This document shows positions 49,289 through 59,272 of a stretch of DNA of 64,000 nucleotides, piece by piece. Numbering within the stretch: position 1 is the first letter of the stretch; every line of letters begins with the position of its first letter. Origin of the DNA: an uncultured delta proteobacterium. Its GTDB lineage: Bacteria > Desulfobacterota > Binatia > Binatales > Binataceae. The DNA is taken from the NCBI GenBank assembly GCA_963724765.1, contig CAVRVY010000003.1, positions 1,280,001 to 1,344,000 on the forward strand, in the 5' to 3' direction. Made by a program: the position numbers and the translations under genes. A model generated the notes under the pieces. That model saw nothing but the letters and a program-made list of their open reading frames with translations. It ran no database searches and had not been told where the DNA came from.

Positions 49289-50455
49289 TTAACCTCGATT
49301 CAAATTTACTCCACGTAGCGCTCGGTCGCCCGCGGCGTTCGCCACGACTTCGCGGTAAACCTCGAGCGTGCGCCGGGCCATCAGCTCATCGCTGAACTCC
49401 TCGCGCACTCGCTGGCGCGCCGCCGCGCCCATCGCGGCGCACCGCGCCGGATCATCGAGCAGCGCGCTCAGCGCCGCCGCCAGAGCCGCCGGGTCGCTCG
49501 GCGGCACAGTCAACCCCGTCAATCCATCCAGCGAGACGTGGGGCACGGCAGAGTCGAGCCGCGTGTTGACCACCGGCTTCCCGCACGCCATCGCCTCGAG
49601 CTGTACGATACCGAAGGCCTCGCTACGCTCGACCGAGGGCAGCGTGAAGACGTCGCAGGCGTGATAGCACGCCTTCAAATCGGCGTCGTTGACGCGGCCC
49701 AGCAGCGCGATCCGATCGGCGATGCCGAGCCGTGCGGCCTCGGCCGACAGCGCGCCGCCCAGCGGTCCGTCGCCGGCGATCAGGGCGGTCGCCCGCACGT
49801 CCGCCATCGCGCGCACCAGGTGTTCGAAGCCCTTATAGTAGATGAGGCGGCCGACGCCGAGCACGATGCGTGTGCCGTAGCGGCGGCGCAACTCGGCGAC
49901 GCGCGCGGCATCGGGATGCTCGAAGGCGGCGGCGCGGATGCCGAACGGAATTACGTGGCACAGCTTGCGCCGTGCGCTGAGCACCGCGGAGGTTTCGACA
50001 TAGGCGGTCGAACCGACGATGATCGCGGCGCATTGCCGCAGCAACAGTGAGAGTAGCGGCGCGAAGGCCGCGGCCGCGCGCCGCTGGCGTACCACGTCGC
50101 TATGCCAGGTGACAACTATCGGCGCGTCGAGCCGGCTCATGAGGCAGGCCAGCGCGGCCATCGGGTTTGGAAAATGCAGATGGACCACGTCGGGGCGCGC
50201 CCGGCGCATCGCGAGAGCCATCAGCGGCACGATCGGAGTGCCGTGAAGCATCAGCGCGGTGGCGAGCCGCGTGACTTCAACGCCGCCCTGCATCGAGCGC
50301 TCGCTGCGCCATCGATCGCTCGCCACCAGGACTTCGATCTTTATCGATTTGCTCAGCTCTTCGCAGAGGGTCTGGAGATGCGACTCCATGCCGCCGGGGT
50401 AGGGCGGGTAAAACTTGCCCACGTGTAGGACCTTGAGTGGCGCAGTCCCCGTCAT
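49289..50455 (-). CDS. GT4 glycosyltransferase
   Basis: GKFYPP..GG, GRLIYYKG, EAFGIVQLEAMACG. Confidence 0.9.
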   Translation of the reverse strand: MTGTAPLKVLHVGKFYPPYPGGMESHLQTLCEELSKSIKIEVLVASDRWRSERSMQGGVEVTRLATALMLHGTPIVPLMALAMRRARPDVVHLHFPNPMAALACLMSRLDAPIVVTWHSDVVRQRRAAAAFAPLLSLLLRQCAAIIVGSTAYVETSAVLSARRKLCHVIPFGIRAAAFEHPDAARVAELRRRYGTRIVLGVGRLIYYKGFEHLVRAMADVRATALIAGDGPLGGALSAEAARLGIADRIALLGRVNDADLKACYHACDVFTLPSVERSEAFGIVQLEAMACGKPVVNTRLDSAVPHVSLDGLTGLTVPPSDPAALAAALSALLDDPARCAAMGAAARQRVREEFSDELMARRTLEVYREVVANAAGDRALRGVNLNRG

Positions 50456-51651
50456 CTTGAGACCGCGATCTCGCGGTAGAGCGTCGCACAACGGTCGGCG
50501 TATGCGCTCCACGAGAAGTGCGAAGCCTGGCGGATCGCCTCGGCGCGCCGCTCGGCCCATCGTTCGGGATTCCCGGCCCGCTCGCGCAGCATCGCGCAGA
50601 GCGCGATGCTCCATGTCGGCACGTCGGCCATCGCGCAGTAGACGGCGGCTTCGGCGCCGACTTCGCGCAGCACGGGGATGTCGCTGGCGAGCACCGGCGT
50701 AGCGCAGGCCATCGCCTCGATCAGCGGAAGTCCGAAGCCTTCAGCCTCCGACGGCATCAGCACCAGCGCCGCGCGGCGATAGAGCGCGGCCAGCACAGCG
50801 GGCTCCAGAAACGGCATCGTGACGATCGAATCCTCCAGGTCCAGCGCCTGCGCAAGACTTTGTTGATCGGCAGTGAGCGCGCCGCCCGCCTTGACCAGGC
50901 GCAGGTTTGGAAATTGTGCGCGCGCGGCTGCAACGACGCGCAACAGCACGTCGATTCGCTTGCGCGCGATGGTGCTGCCGACGTGAAGAATCTCGGCTAC
51001 GCCGGGGCTGTCGGGGCCGAGCAGACGCGCGGCCGCGGCGTCGGCGGCCTCATCGGGGCGTGGCGAACAGGCCGGATGCACGCCGTTGGGAATTACCACG
51101 AGGCGGCCGGGCGAAACCAGCGCGGCGGCGGCGAGCGCGTCGCGCGTGGCGAAGCTGTCACAGCATACGCGCACCGCCTTGCGCATACCGGCGAGCGTCC
51201 GCCGCGCCATCATGCGAAACGGCAGCGAACGGCGCTCGGCGCCGGAAGCGAGCAGGCAACAGAACGCGTCCAGGTCATGGCAGGTCACGACGGTGCGCGA
51301 ACCCTCAAGCTCGTGCACGACATGCGCGTAGCTGTGGTCCACGATGTGGAAGAGGTCGAAGCCGCCGCGCAAGCGCCGCAACGCGCGCGGGTAATCGAAA
51401 AAACGGTTGAGCGCGCGGTCCGCCTTGAAACCTATCGAGTTGAGGCGAGCGGGGTTGAAGCGCGTGTGCGCGCCGCGTCCGACGGTGGCCCGGCTTAGGC
51501 GGCGCACGAAAGCCGGCTGGATGCGCGTGACCTCGAGCGCGGCCGAATGGCGCGCCTTGAGTTCCGCGCAGAGCATCTCACCGACCAGGTCCATACTGGG
51601 CCAGCCCTCTTCGGAGTAATCGCAGACCACGGCTAGGCGCAGACGCTGCAT
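50452..51651 (-). CDS. GT4 glycosyltransferase
   Basis: VGSTIARK, EGFGLPLIEAMAC. Confidence 0.9.
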   Translation of the reverse strand: MQRLRLAVVCDYSEEGWPSMDLVGEMLCAELKARHSAALEVTRIQPAFVRRLSRATVGRGAHTRFNPARLNSIGFKADRALNRFFDYPRALRRLRGGFDLFHIVDHSYAHVVHELEGSRTVVTCHDLDAFCCLLASGAERRSLPFRMMARRTLAGMRKAVRVCCDSFATRDALAAAALVSPGRLVVIPNGVHPACSPRPDEAADAAAARLLGPDSPGVAEILHVGSTIARKRIDVLLRVVAAARAQFPNLRLVKAGGALTADQQSLAQALDLEDSIVTMPFLEPAVLAALYRRAALVLMPSEAEGFGLPLIEAMACATPVLASDIPVLREVGAEAAVYCAMADVPTWSIALCAMLRERAGNPERWAERRAEAIRQASHFSWSAYADRCATLYREIAVSR

Positions 51652-51657
51652 AGTGGT

Positions 51658-52806
51658 TCAGGCGGCGAGCATCTCGTTGAAGAATTCAAGATGGCGGCGT
51701 GCGACCACCGGCCATGAGTAAATCGACCGCGCGCGATCGCGGCCGCGAGCCGCGAGTTCGGCGCGGCGCGCCGGGCTCTCGAGCAGATCGACCAGCGCGC
51801 GGCGCCATCCCGTCTCGTCGCGCTCACCGACGATCACACCGGCGTCGCCGACGACGTAGGGAATTTCGCCGCTGTCGCTGGCGAGCACCGGCACGCCGCA
51901 GGCGAAAGCCTCGATCAGCATGCGTCCGAACTGCTCGCGCCATCGCGCCGTGGTCTGACTGGGCGCGAGCAGCAGGTCCATCGCATTTAGGTATTCGGGC
52001 ACGCGGTCATGGGGAACGCCGCCGGCAATCCGCACCCGGTCGCCATGTCGGGACGCCCACGCCTTGAGCGACGCTTCGAGCGGCCCGCCGCCGACGAAGA
52101 GCGCGCGCCACGGTGACGAGGTTTCGTCGAGCACGCGCATCATCACCTCCAGCCCCTTGGCTTCGATGAAGCGTCCGAGAAATCCGACCACTGGCGGCCC
52201 TTCATCGTTCCATCCGAGCCGCGCGCGCGTGGCACGGCCGCTCTCCGCATCAGGACGAAACAGTTCCACGTCCACCCCGAGCGGCATGACGCGATGCGGA
52301 CGGCAGCTCCAGCAGCGCTCGAGCTGCGTTTGGGCAACTGTCTCGCCGCTCGCAAGCCATCCGGCCGAGCGCTCCGCGCACATCCGCTCGATCGAGGAGA
52401 AAGGCGGTACATAACTCTTCGCGATATTCTGAAAGGTATAGAAAACCAGCTTCGATACGGCCGGGGAGAACAGGGCGACCTGGCCGCCGGCGATTGCATA
52501 GGGTTCCTCCCAGCAATGCACGAGGTCCCAGCGCTCGCGCATCACGGTGCGCAAACCGCGACCGTAAAAGAAGAGTTGCGCGATGCGGCTTAGATGGACG
52601 TCGACGGCGGCCACGCGGCAGAGCTCGCCCGGCTGCGGCTCGAGCGGGATGGGACGCAAGTCGCCGTGAAAAAAACGCGGTGCGACCGCGGTGACTTGCC
52701 ATTGCTCGCCGCCCGCGCGCGCTATCTCATGGGCGAGGCGGCGATTGAGCGCGACGCAGTACGAATGCGCGATCGTAAGCAGGCGGCGTGGATGCTGGGG
52801 CGCCAT
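51658..52806 (-). CDS. GT4 glycosyltransferase
   Basis: GRF..AKG, EQFGRMLIEAFACG. Confidence 0.9.
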   Translation of the reverse strand: MAPQHPRRLLTIAHSYCVALNRRLAHEIARAGGEQWQVTAVAPRFFHGDLRPIPLEPQPGELCRVAAVDVHLSRIAQLFFYGRGLRTVMRERWDLVHCWEEPYAIAGGQVALFSPAVSKLVFYTFQNIAKSYVPPFSSIERMCAERSAGWLASGETVAQTQLERCWSCRPHRVMPLGVDVELFRPDAESGRATRARLGWNDEGPPVVGFLGRFIEAKGLEVMMRVLDETSSPWRALFVGGGPLEASLKAWASRHGDRVRIAGGVPHDRVPEYLNAMDLLLAPSQTTARWREQFGRMLIEAFACGVPVLASDSGEIPYVVGDAGVIVGERDETGWRRALVDLLESPARRAELAARGRDRARSIYSWPVVARRHLEFFNEMLAA

Positions 52807-52822
52807 GATGGGGATCGCGCGC

Positions 52823-54082
52823 TTAAGAAGTCGGCGCCAATGCGGCCGCGTCCGCGTTAACGCCGATGACTGCTGCAAAGATCGCGAGCAGAGCATCGAC
52901 GTGTGCGTCGAGATTGAACCGGTTGGACAATTCCCGCGCGCCGTTGCTCAGCCGCGCGAGTTCGGCCGGATCGCGCACGCATTCGATAATCGCCCGCGCC
53001 AGCCCTGCAGCGCTCGGCGGGTCGCCCGACGCAAGATGGCCGTTAATCCCGTCGCTCAGCCACTCCGGAATTCCACCCACGGCAAACGCAGCGGCCGGGA
53101 GGCCGCAAAGTCCCGCTTCCGGACCCACCAAGCCAAATGGCTCCGGCCATGTGCTCGGCATGACCAGCAGATCGGAGTCGCGCATGAGCTGGTCGAGGCT
53201 GACGGAATTCAACCAGCCGCTAAATTCGAGATTGAGGTTGGTATTCGCTGCCTGTACCCGCCGCGATTTCCGCTCCCATTGCATGCGCGCGGGGCCGTCG
53301 CCGACGAAGGTTGCTTTGAGTGGCCGTCCGAGCGAAGCCGCGGCCAGCGCCAGGGCGTCGAGCATGATCGGCCCGCCCTTAAGCCGGGTCATCCGGCCAA
53401 CGAAGAGCAGCCGAAGCTCACGATTTTTCGCCGGCGTCGCCTGTGCAGTCTCCGTGTCGAGGGGTCGTGGAAACCGCGCAGGAGCGAGCGGCAGCCGCAG
53501 TGCGTGCACGCGCTGCGGTGGGAGGCCTTGGCGCACGAATTCGGCGCGCATGTGAGCGGAGGCGGTCAGGATCGCGGCGTAGCGATCCAGCAGAGCAAGG
53601 CGGGCGCTCTGTTTCTGATAGTCGTCCCACATTCGCAGCGGATTCAGGCCGCCGCATCGATGGGGATAGTACTGGATGAAGCATCGCCATCCGAAACGCC
53701 GCGCGCACGGCCGCGGCCGCGGCGCGGAGAACATCTTGTTGCCGCTGATGCAGGTGCCGTAATAGGCGTGAGCGAACAGCACCGCCGGCGCGCATTCGAC
53801 AATTCGCGCCGCGGCCGCAAGGTCATTCATGCTGTTCACGTAGATGACGTTGGGGCGCCAACTTTCAAGTGCGGCGAGCGCCCGCGGTATTCCGATTTCG
53901 GACGCGCACCAGACTGGCGCACTCGCGGGCACGCGGATTCGCTGCAGGCTGGGTGCAGAGTGCAGCTCCGAGAAAAAAGCGATCTGATGGCCGGCGGCGG
54001 CGAGCACAGGAATCACCGTGTCGAGATAGGCTTCGGCGCCGCCGACGCGTGTGTGATGCGAGTTCACTACCGCGATTCTCAT
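52823..54082 (-). CDS. GT4 glycosyltransferase
   Basis: GGAE, GRM..LKG, EPFGLVGPEAGLCG. Confidence 0.9.
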   Translation of the reverse strand: MRIAVVNSHHTRVGGAEAYLDTVIPVLAAAGHQIAFFSELHSAPSLQRIRVPASAPVWCASEIGIPRALAALESWRPNVIYVNSMNDLAAAARIVECAPAVLFAHAYYGTCISGNKMFSAPRPRPCARRFGWRCFIQYYPHRCGGLNPLRMWDDYQKQSARLALLDRYAAILTASAHMRAEFVRQGLPPQRVHALRLPLAPARFPRPLDTETAQATPAKNRELRLLFVGRMTRLKGGPIMLDALALAAASLGRPLKATFVGDGPARMQWERKSRRVQAANTNLNLEFSGWLNSVSLDQLMRDSDLLVMPSTWPEPFGLVGPEAGLCGLPAAAFAVGGIPEWLSDGINGHLASGDPPSAAGLARAIIECVRDPAELARLSNGARELSNRFNLDAHVDALLAIFAAVIGVNADAAALAPTS

Positions 54083-54261
54083 GGACGCTCCGCGCGGCCC
54101 ATAGAACCTACCACCATCGGTGTACGCGGCGCAGCGTCCGCAGCATCCCGGCGCCAAGCGCGCCTGGCATGCTCGATACTGGCGACCGCGCTCCGCACAA
54201 ACGCGGGCCGGTTATATGTCGCGATCACCACGCTGACCAACGGAGCGCTGGCGGCGGACAT
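54079..54261 (-). pseudogene. 60-aa remnant of a GT2 glycosyltransferase (internal deletion)
   Basis: MSAASAPLVSVVIATYNRPAFVRSAVAS is a GT2 N-terminus joined to a short tail; start and stop overlap the neighbouring genes. Confidence 0.7.
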
Positions 54262-55430
54262 CAGCAATCCTCGCGCAGGGCCGCGATAGTATGCGCGATG
54301 TCCAAGCGCGCCGCGTAAAGCGCACCGGCCGCGGCTCCCAGCCGCGCCCGTTCCCCAGCATCGTGCATCAGGTGCGAGAGCGCTGCGCCCATAGCCGCGA
54401 CGTCGCCGGTGTCCACCAGAGCCACCGCGCCGCTTTGCCTCCACAACGGCTCGGTGAAAAGACCGAAGGTGGTTATCACGGCGCGGCCATGAGCGAGCGC
54501 CGCCATCAGGCTGGTGCGGCGCGTGCTGACGCCATCGGCGTAGGGCTGCAGCATCAGGTCGCAGGCGGCGAGATAACGCGAGACGTCAGCGGGCGCGAGC
54601 GGACCCGTGGCGTATACGCGCGTCTGCAGTTCGGGAGCATGGGCCAGCAGATGGCCTCGCAAAGCGGGGCTGTCGCGGCCCACCAGCAAAAAAACCGCGT
54701 CGGGGCGTTCACGCAGCAGCGGCGGCACGACGGCCGCGAGTTGCTCCGCGATCCAGGTTTCGCGCGCCGTGCCGAAATGGCCAAGGATCACTCCGCCTTC
54801 GACCATCAGCGTTTTGCGGACGGCGCGTAGTCCCGCCGGGTCATCGACAACCGGCACGTTGCTGGGCACCGGCAGCCACGAAATCGCAGCTTCCGCCGGC
54901 GCGAGCGCGCGCAACCGCGGCTCCCATGCCGCGGCGCCAACAAAGCATCGGCGGGCCGCGTGCGTGAGCGCGAAGGCCATCGCGTGGTTGACCGCGCCGA
55001 TGGCGTTGTGGCGCATCGACTGTCGCCATCCGAGCGCCACCGCAACCTCGTGAAACATGATCGTGATGCCGGCGCGGCGGCGCGCGAAGAGCCACAGGCA
55101 AAACGGCAGGTTCATCCCCCGCATGCCAAATCCCTGCGGAACGAACTGCACCAGTATTTTTCCTGTGCCGACGGCGTCGAGTTCGCGGCCGAGCGCAGCG
55201 AGCATGCGCGGTCCGAAACGGCCGGGCAGGCGATGGACCTCGACGCCGGCTTCCGCCGGCTGGGCCCCCATCACTGCGGGCGCCCAAACGTGAACGCGGT
55301 CGCCATGCGCGGCAAGTCCGAGCGCCACCAGCCGCGTGTAATCCGCGACGCCACCCTGCTGAGGCGGATACTCGCAGGTGATGATGTGCCAAACTGCCAT
55401 GGGATCAACTGATCGCCACGCCGAACTCAT
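54261..55430 (-). CDS. GT4-like glycosyltransferase
   Basis: EYPP..GGVADY, MFHE, DGVSTRRTSLMAALAHG. Confidence 0.85.
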   Translation of the reverse strand: MSSAWRSVDPMAVWHIITCEYPPQQGGVADYTRLVALGLAAHGDRVHVWAPAVMGAQPAEAGVEVHRLPGRFGPRMLAALGRELDAVGTGKILVQFVPQGFGMRGMNLPFCLWLFARRRAGITIMFHEVAVALGWRQSMRHNAIGAVNHAMAFALTHAARRCFVGAAAWEPRLRALAPAEAAISWLPVPSNVPVVDDPAGLRAVRKTLMVEGGVILGHFGTARETWIAEQLAAVVPPLLRERPDAVFLLVGRDSPALRGHLLAHAPELQTRVYATGPLAPADVSRYLAACDLMLQPYADGVSTRRTSLMAALAHGRAVITTFGLFTEPLWRQSGAVALVDTGDVAAMGAALSHLMHDAGERARLGAAAGALYAARLDIAHTIAALREDC

Positions 55431-56269
55431 TCGCAAAGCAGGCGAACGACGCCGCGCTCGGTCAGCGGGTCTCGTTGACCGGTAAGCGGTATAGGGCGAA
55501 GTCTCAGTTCCGCCAACAACGCATCGACGTCCGCGCGCGGCGTCGCCGCGCTGTCCCAGAGGTCGGGATGCATTTCCACGATCAGGTCAAGAGTGCCGCG
55601 TCGTTTGGCTATGAGGCGTCGCGCGCCTTTGAGCGCGGCGACCTCGAAGCCCTCGATGTCAATCAATATGCAGTCGGGCATCAGGCCAGGACGCGCGTCG
55701 CAGAAATCATCCAATGAGATCATTGGGACAGTGATGGCGCGGAAGGCGTCCGCGAGGCTGCGGTCGGGAGATCCCAGCCGGCTGACCCCGTCCAGACCCT
55801 GCCGCTCTTGCGCGGGCAGGTAAAGCGTGGCCTGGCCTGATTTGTCCGCTACCGCTGCCGCAATGATCTCGATACGGCCGGAGAGATCGTTGACCGTTAC
55901 CTGGCGCTCGAGCACGGCGTGCGGCCCGGGGTTAGGTTCGAAGGCCAGCACACGTCCGCAAGGGCGCGTCCAATATGCGAACTGAAGTACATAGTAACCG
56001 ACGTTGGCTCCCACGTCGAAACAGATCTGGCCGGGCTTGACCATTGCGCGCAAGTACGCGGCGACCGCGGGTTCGTAATCCAAGTTGGCCGGATAGTGCT
56101 GCCGGCAGCGCGGATCGCGCCGGAGCTCGATTCCATTTATGGTGCAAGGGATACCGTGTCCGCCGCCGGACCAGCTCAGAAATGTTTCGTAGGCCGGACG
56201 CAGTTGGCGCACCAGCAATGATTCGCGGCCGAACATCCCCGACACTTTGCTGGCTATTTTCTCAAGCAT
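55427..56269 (-). CDS. FkbM-family methyltransferase
   Basis: FDVGANVG, AFEPNP, SLDDF, IDIEGFE, VEMH. Confidence 0.9.
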   Translation of the reverse strand: MLEKIASKVSGMFGRESLLVRQLRPAYETFLSWSGGGHGIPCTINGIELRRDPRCRQHYPANLDYEPAVAAYLRAMVKPGQICFDVGANVGYYVLQFAYWTRPCGRVLAFEPNPGPHAVLERQVTVNDLSGRIEIIAAAVADKSGQATLYLPAQERQGLDGVSRLGSPDRSLADAFRAITVPMISLDDFCDARPGLMPDCILIDIEGFEVAALKGARRLIAKRRGTLDLIVEMHPDLWDSAATPRADVDALLAELRLRPIPLTGQRDPLTERGVVRLLCE

Positions 56270-56337
56270 GCGTCACCTCCGACGCGCAGCGCCTCCCATC
56301 AATGTGGCTTTTCTCACCGTCAGGGGTCGTCAATCGC

Positions 56338-57474
56338 TTAGCAGCGTGGGATTTGTCCCGCATAGATTGCGAGGCAGCGGCGGACAACCTCAGGCCAGGT
56401 AAAGCGCTCGAGCACGCGGCGGCGTGCCGCGGCGCCCATCGCGGCCGCCGCCTCCGGATGTTCATACAGCCAGCGCATCCGCTCCGCCAGCGCGCGTGAG
56501 TCGTTGGGCGGCACAACGAAGCCGCTGACCCCGTCCTCGACCACCTCAGGCATGCTCGCGACGGCGGTGCAGATCGCCGGCAAGCCGCACGCCATCCCTT
56601 CGAGCAGAGTTTGCCCGAGCAGTTCCGGCGCCGCGGTTTCGTCGCCGTAGACCGTGCGGTAGACGCTCGGCAAGACCACGCATAGTGCTCCCCGGTAATG
56701 CTCGAGCAATGCGGCATCATCGCAGTCCTGATCGAACTCGACGCATTTACCAGCCGAAAGGGTTTGCAGGGCCGCGAAGTAACCCGGATCGTGGGCTTGC
56801 CCGACCACCTTCAGGCGCATTCCGTCCGGCAGCGCCTCGATGAGATAGTTGACGCCCTTGTGCGGCAGCAACCGCCCCACAAACAGCACCGCGCCGTTGT
56901 GCCGCGCCGCCGGCGCCGGCGAAAATTTCTCGCTGTCGACTCCACCCATGATTACGTGCGCCCACGGTTTGCCGCGATGGCCCGCGAGGGTGCGACTGTA
57001 TTCGCTGATATGCAAGTGACCGTTGAACCAGGCATCGGTCGAGAGATAGGCGGAGATATCCCAGCCGCCACCGCCGAGGTCGCTGACGAAGACGCGCCGG
57101 CGGCTCAGGCGGCCGAAGACAGCGGCCAGACTGCTGGCCAGGATATGCTGCTGATGGCAGTGAATCACGTCGGCCGCTCGCAATTCGGAGAACATCGACC
57201 ACTTGAGCGGGTTGAAGCGCTGACCGCGCACGTACCAGGGATGGCCGAGGATGCGGATTTTGAGCGGCCCCATCGTCTCGTTCCGTGCGCGCTCGCCGAA
57301 GCTCAGCAACGTGGTCGGGACGGCTTGCGCCATGTGGCGCGCCAACTCGAGCGCGTAACGCTCAGCGCCTCCGGCAACACCGTCCGCACCGAACATCGCG
57401 GGCACTAGATGGACGACGCTCGGCGACGCACGGCGGTCGAGCGGCAGGCTCTCTGGATGAAGTGACCCCGACAT
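56338..57474 (-). CDS. GT4 glycosyltransferase
   Basis: GGAERY, GRLLPHKG, ELLGQTLLEGMACG. Confidence 0.9.
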   Translation of the reverse strand: MSGSLHPESLPLDRRASPSVVHLVPAMFGADGVAGGAERYALELARHMAQAVPTTLLSFGERARNETMGPLKIRILGHPWYVRGQRFNPLKWSMFSELRAADVIHCHQQHILASSLAAVFGRLSRRRVFVSDLGGGGWDISAYLSTDAWFNGHLHISEYSRTLAGHRGKPWAHVIMGGVDSEKFSPAPAARHNGAVLFVGRLLPHKGVNYLIEALPDGMRLKVVGQAHDPGYFAALQTLSAGKCVEFDQDCDDAALLEHYRGALCVVLPSVYRTVYGDETAAPELLGQTLLEGMACGLPAICTAVASMPEVVEDGVSGFVVPPNDSRALAERMRWLYEHPEAAAAMGAAARRRVLERFTWPEVVRRCLAIYAGQIPRC

Positions 57475-57482
57475 CGTTGAGT

Positions 57483-58046
57483 CTATTTGAGCACCTCGAG
57501 TTCGAAGCTCAAGAACCAGGCCGGGAACATCCACGCCCAACGCCGTTCGTAGGCTTGAGGGTAGCGGTTGGCGATGCGCCAAATCAGCTTATTGACGAGC
57601 GTGGGGTAAAAAATAATTTCTGTCTGGCGGCGCCTAAACCGTTTCTCACTGTAAAAATCGAAGTCATGTTCTCCGGTGAAGTAGTCAAAGCTGAAATAGC
57701 TCAGGTGATGCAAATGAGTAGGATCAGTAAAAGAGTTCGATGACGAAAAATGCGGTGTCGTGATGCGTACGACGGCGCCGTTCACGCACACACGATGAAT
57801 CTCCTCCATGGTGGCCACGATGTCTTTGAGGTGCTCGAGGCTGTCGCCCAGCAGTACCGTTTCGAACTGACTATCCGGCAGCGGCCATGGAATCGAATTC
57901 AGATCGTGAACGACGTCGGCGCCGGTGGAGGCGCGGAGATCGAGGTTGAGCGCATCGGGCAGGCGCTTAAGTCCGCAGCCGAGGTTGAGCACCTTGAGAT
58001 CGGCCGATTGCGCTGACTTCGAGCCGCTCGGATGAAGTTGCTTCAT
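57483..58046 (-). CDS. Class I SAM-dependent methyltransferase
   Basis: VLNLGCG, HDL...PWP, LEH, DPTH. Confidence 0.85.
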   Translation of the reverse strand: MKQLHPSGSKSAQSADLKVLNLGCGLKRLPDALNLDLRASTGADVVHDLNSIPWPLPDSQFETVLLGDSLEHLKDIVATMEEIHRVCVNGAVVRITTPHFSSSNSFTDPTHLHHLSYFSFDYFTGEHDFDFYSEKRFRRRQTEIIFYPTLVNKLIWRIANRYPQAYERRWAWMFPAWFLSFELEVLK

Positions 58047-58066
58047 TCGCCAGTGATCCCTGTTGA

Positions 58067-59272
58067 CTAGGCAGGCTGTCGCGCCGCCGTACCCTCGCCG
58101 GACAGCTCGCGGCGATCGAGCGCGGTGCAATAGCTCGCGTAGGTCAGCCGCGCCATCCGCTCTATGGTAAAGACCGCGGCTCGCTCGCGTGCCGCCGCGC
58201 CAAGCTGTGCCCGCCGCTCGGGCGCATCCAACAGCGCGGAGATGGTTGCGGCAAGCGCATCGGGGTCGGCAGTTTCAACCAGGGCGCCGGCCTCTCCCAC
58301 TATCTCGGCCATCGCGGAAGCATTGCGTACCACCACGCATCCGCCCGCCGCCATCGCCTCGAGCACTGGCAACCCGAAACCTTCGTACAGCGAGGGAAAG
58401 ACAAACGCGGTGGTATGGCCATAGAGCCACGCCAGATCCGTATCATCGAGCGGCCCAAGAAGATGAACCGCGTCGCGCAGCCCGAGATCGTCGACGCTCC
58501 GATCGAATTGTTGCTCACGCGCGGTGTCGACCGCGGCGCGCCCGAAAAGCAGAAGCCGCAGGTTTGGGTGCCGCTGGCGTAGGATGGCGACCGCCTTGAG
58601 CAACGCCGCCAGGTTCTTGCGCGGTTCCAGGTTGTATGGCGAGAGCAAAGTTTTGCCCGAGCGCAGTTCGCCGAAGCGCGCCCGGCGGTCGCGATTTTCG
58701 CCATGCAGGATTGCGGACCTGACAAACGGACTCCCTAGAGGAACCACGTCGATCCTGGAGCGTTGGAGCCCCCACAGACGGCACAGGTCGTCAGCGGTGG
58801 TGGCCGAGATCGAAATTACGCGTCGCGCGCGATGCCTGACGGCCCAGCGATCCATCCGATAGGGCCGTGTGCTGACAGCCTGAGCGTATTCTGGAAAGAG
58901 TTCGAACATCAGGTCGTAAAGCGTAACCACCAACGGACACGAGATGAGCACCGGGACCGGGCTGTGCAACACGTGAAGCAGGTCCACTCTTTCGCGCATC
59001 GCGGTCCACGTAAGGCCGAGTTGAGTTCGATAATAGGAGCCACGCCCATCGTGTCGCACGACCTGCCGATACCTCCAGGCGGGGCTCTCGAATACACCGC
59101 GCAGATCGTCGACTGGAGCGGGACGGGAGCCGAGCAGCACAAAGTTCGCGTCCGGCCGCATTCCGGCCAATCCGCGCACCAGGTCGATCGCATACCTGTA
59201 CTGGCCGCCAAACGGACTCAAGTGGTCGAGACCGGAGAAGTCGATGGCGATGCGGGTCTGGCCCATCGTCAT
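58067..59272 (-). CDS. GT4 glycosyltransferase (mannosyltransferase-like)
   Basis: EPRKN, FPSLYEGFGLPVLEAMA. Confidence 0.9.
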   Translation of the reverse strand: MTMGQTRIAIDFSGLDHLSPFGGQYRYAIDLVRGLAGMRPDANFVLLGSRPAPVDDLRGVFESPAWRYRQVVRHDGRGSYYRTQLGLTWTAMRERVDLLHVLHSPVPVLISCPLVVTLYDLMFELFPEYAQAVSTRPYRMDRWAVRHRARRVISISATTADDLCRLWGLQRSRIDVVPLGSPFVRSAILHGENRDRRARFGELRSGKTLLSPYNLEPRKNLAALLKAVAILRQRHPNLRLLLFGRAAVDTAREQQFDRSVDDLGLRDAVHLLGPLDDTDLAWLYGHTTAFVFPSLYEGFGLPVLEAMAAGGCVVVRNASAMAEIVGEAGALVETADPDALAATISALLDAPERRAQLGAAARERAAVFTIERMARLTYASYCTALDRRELSGEGTAARQPA

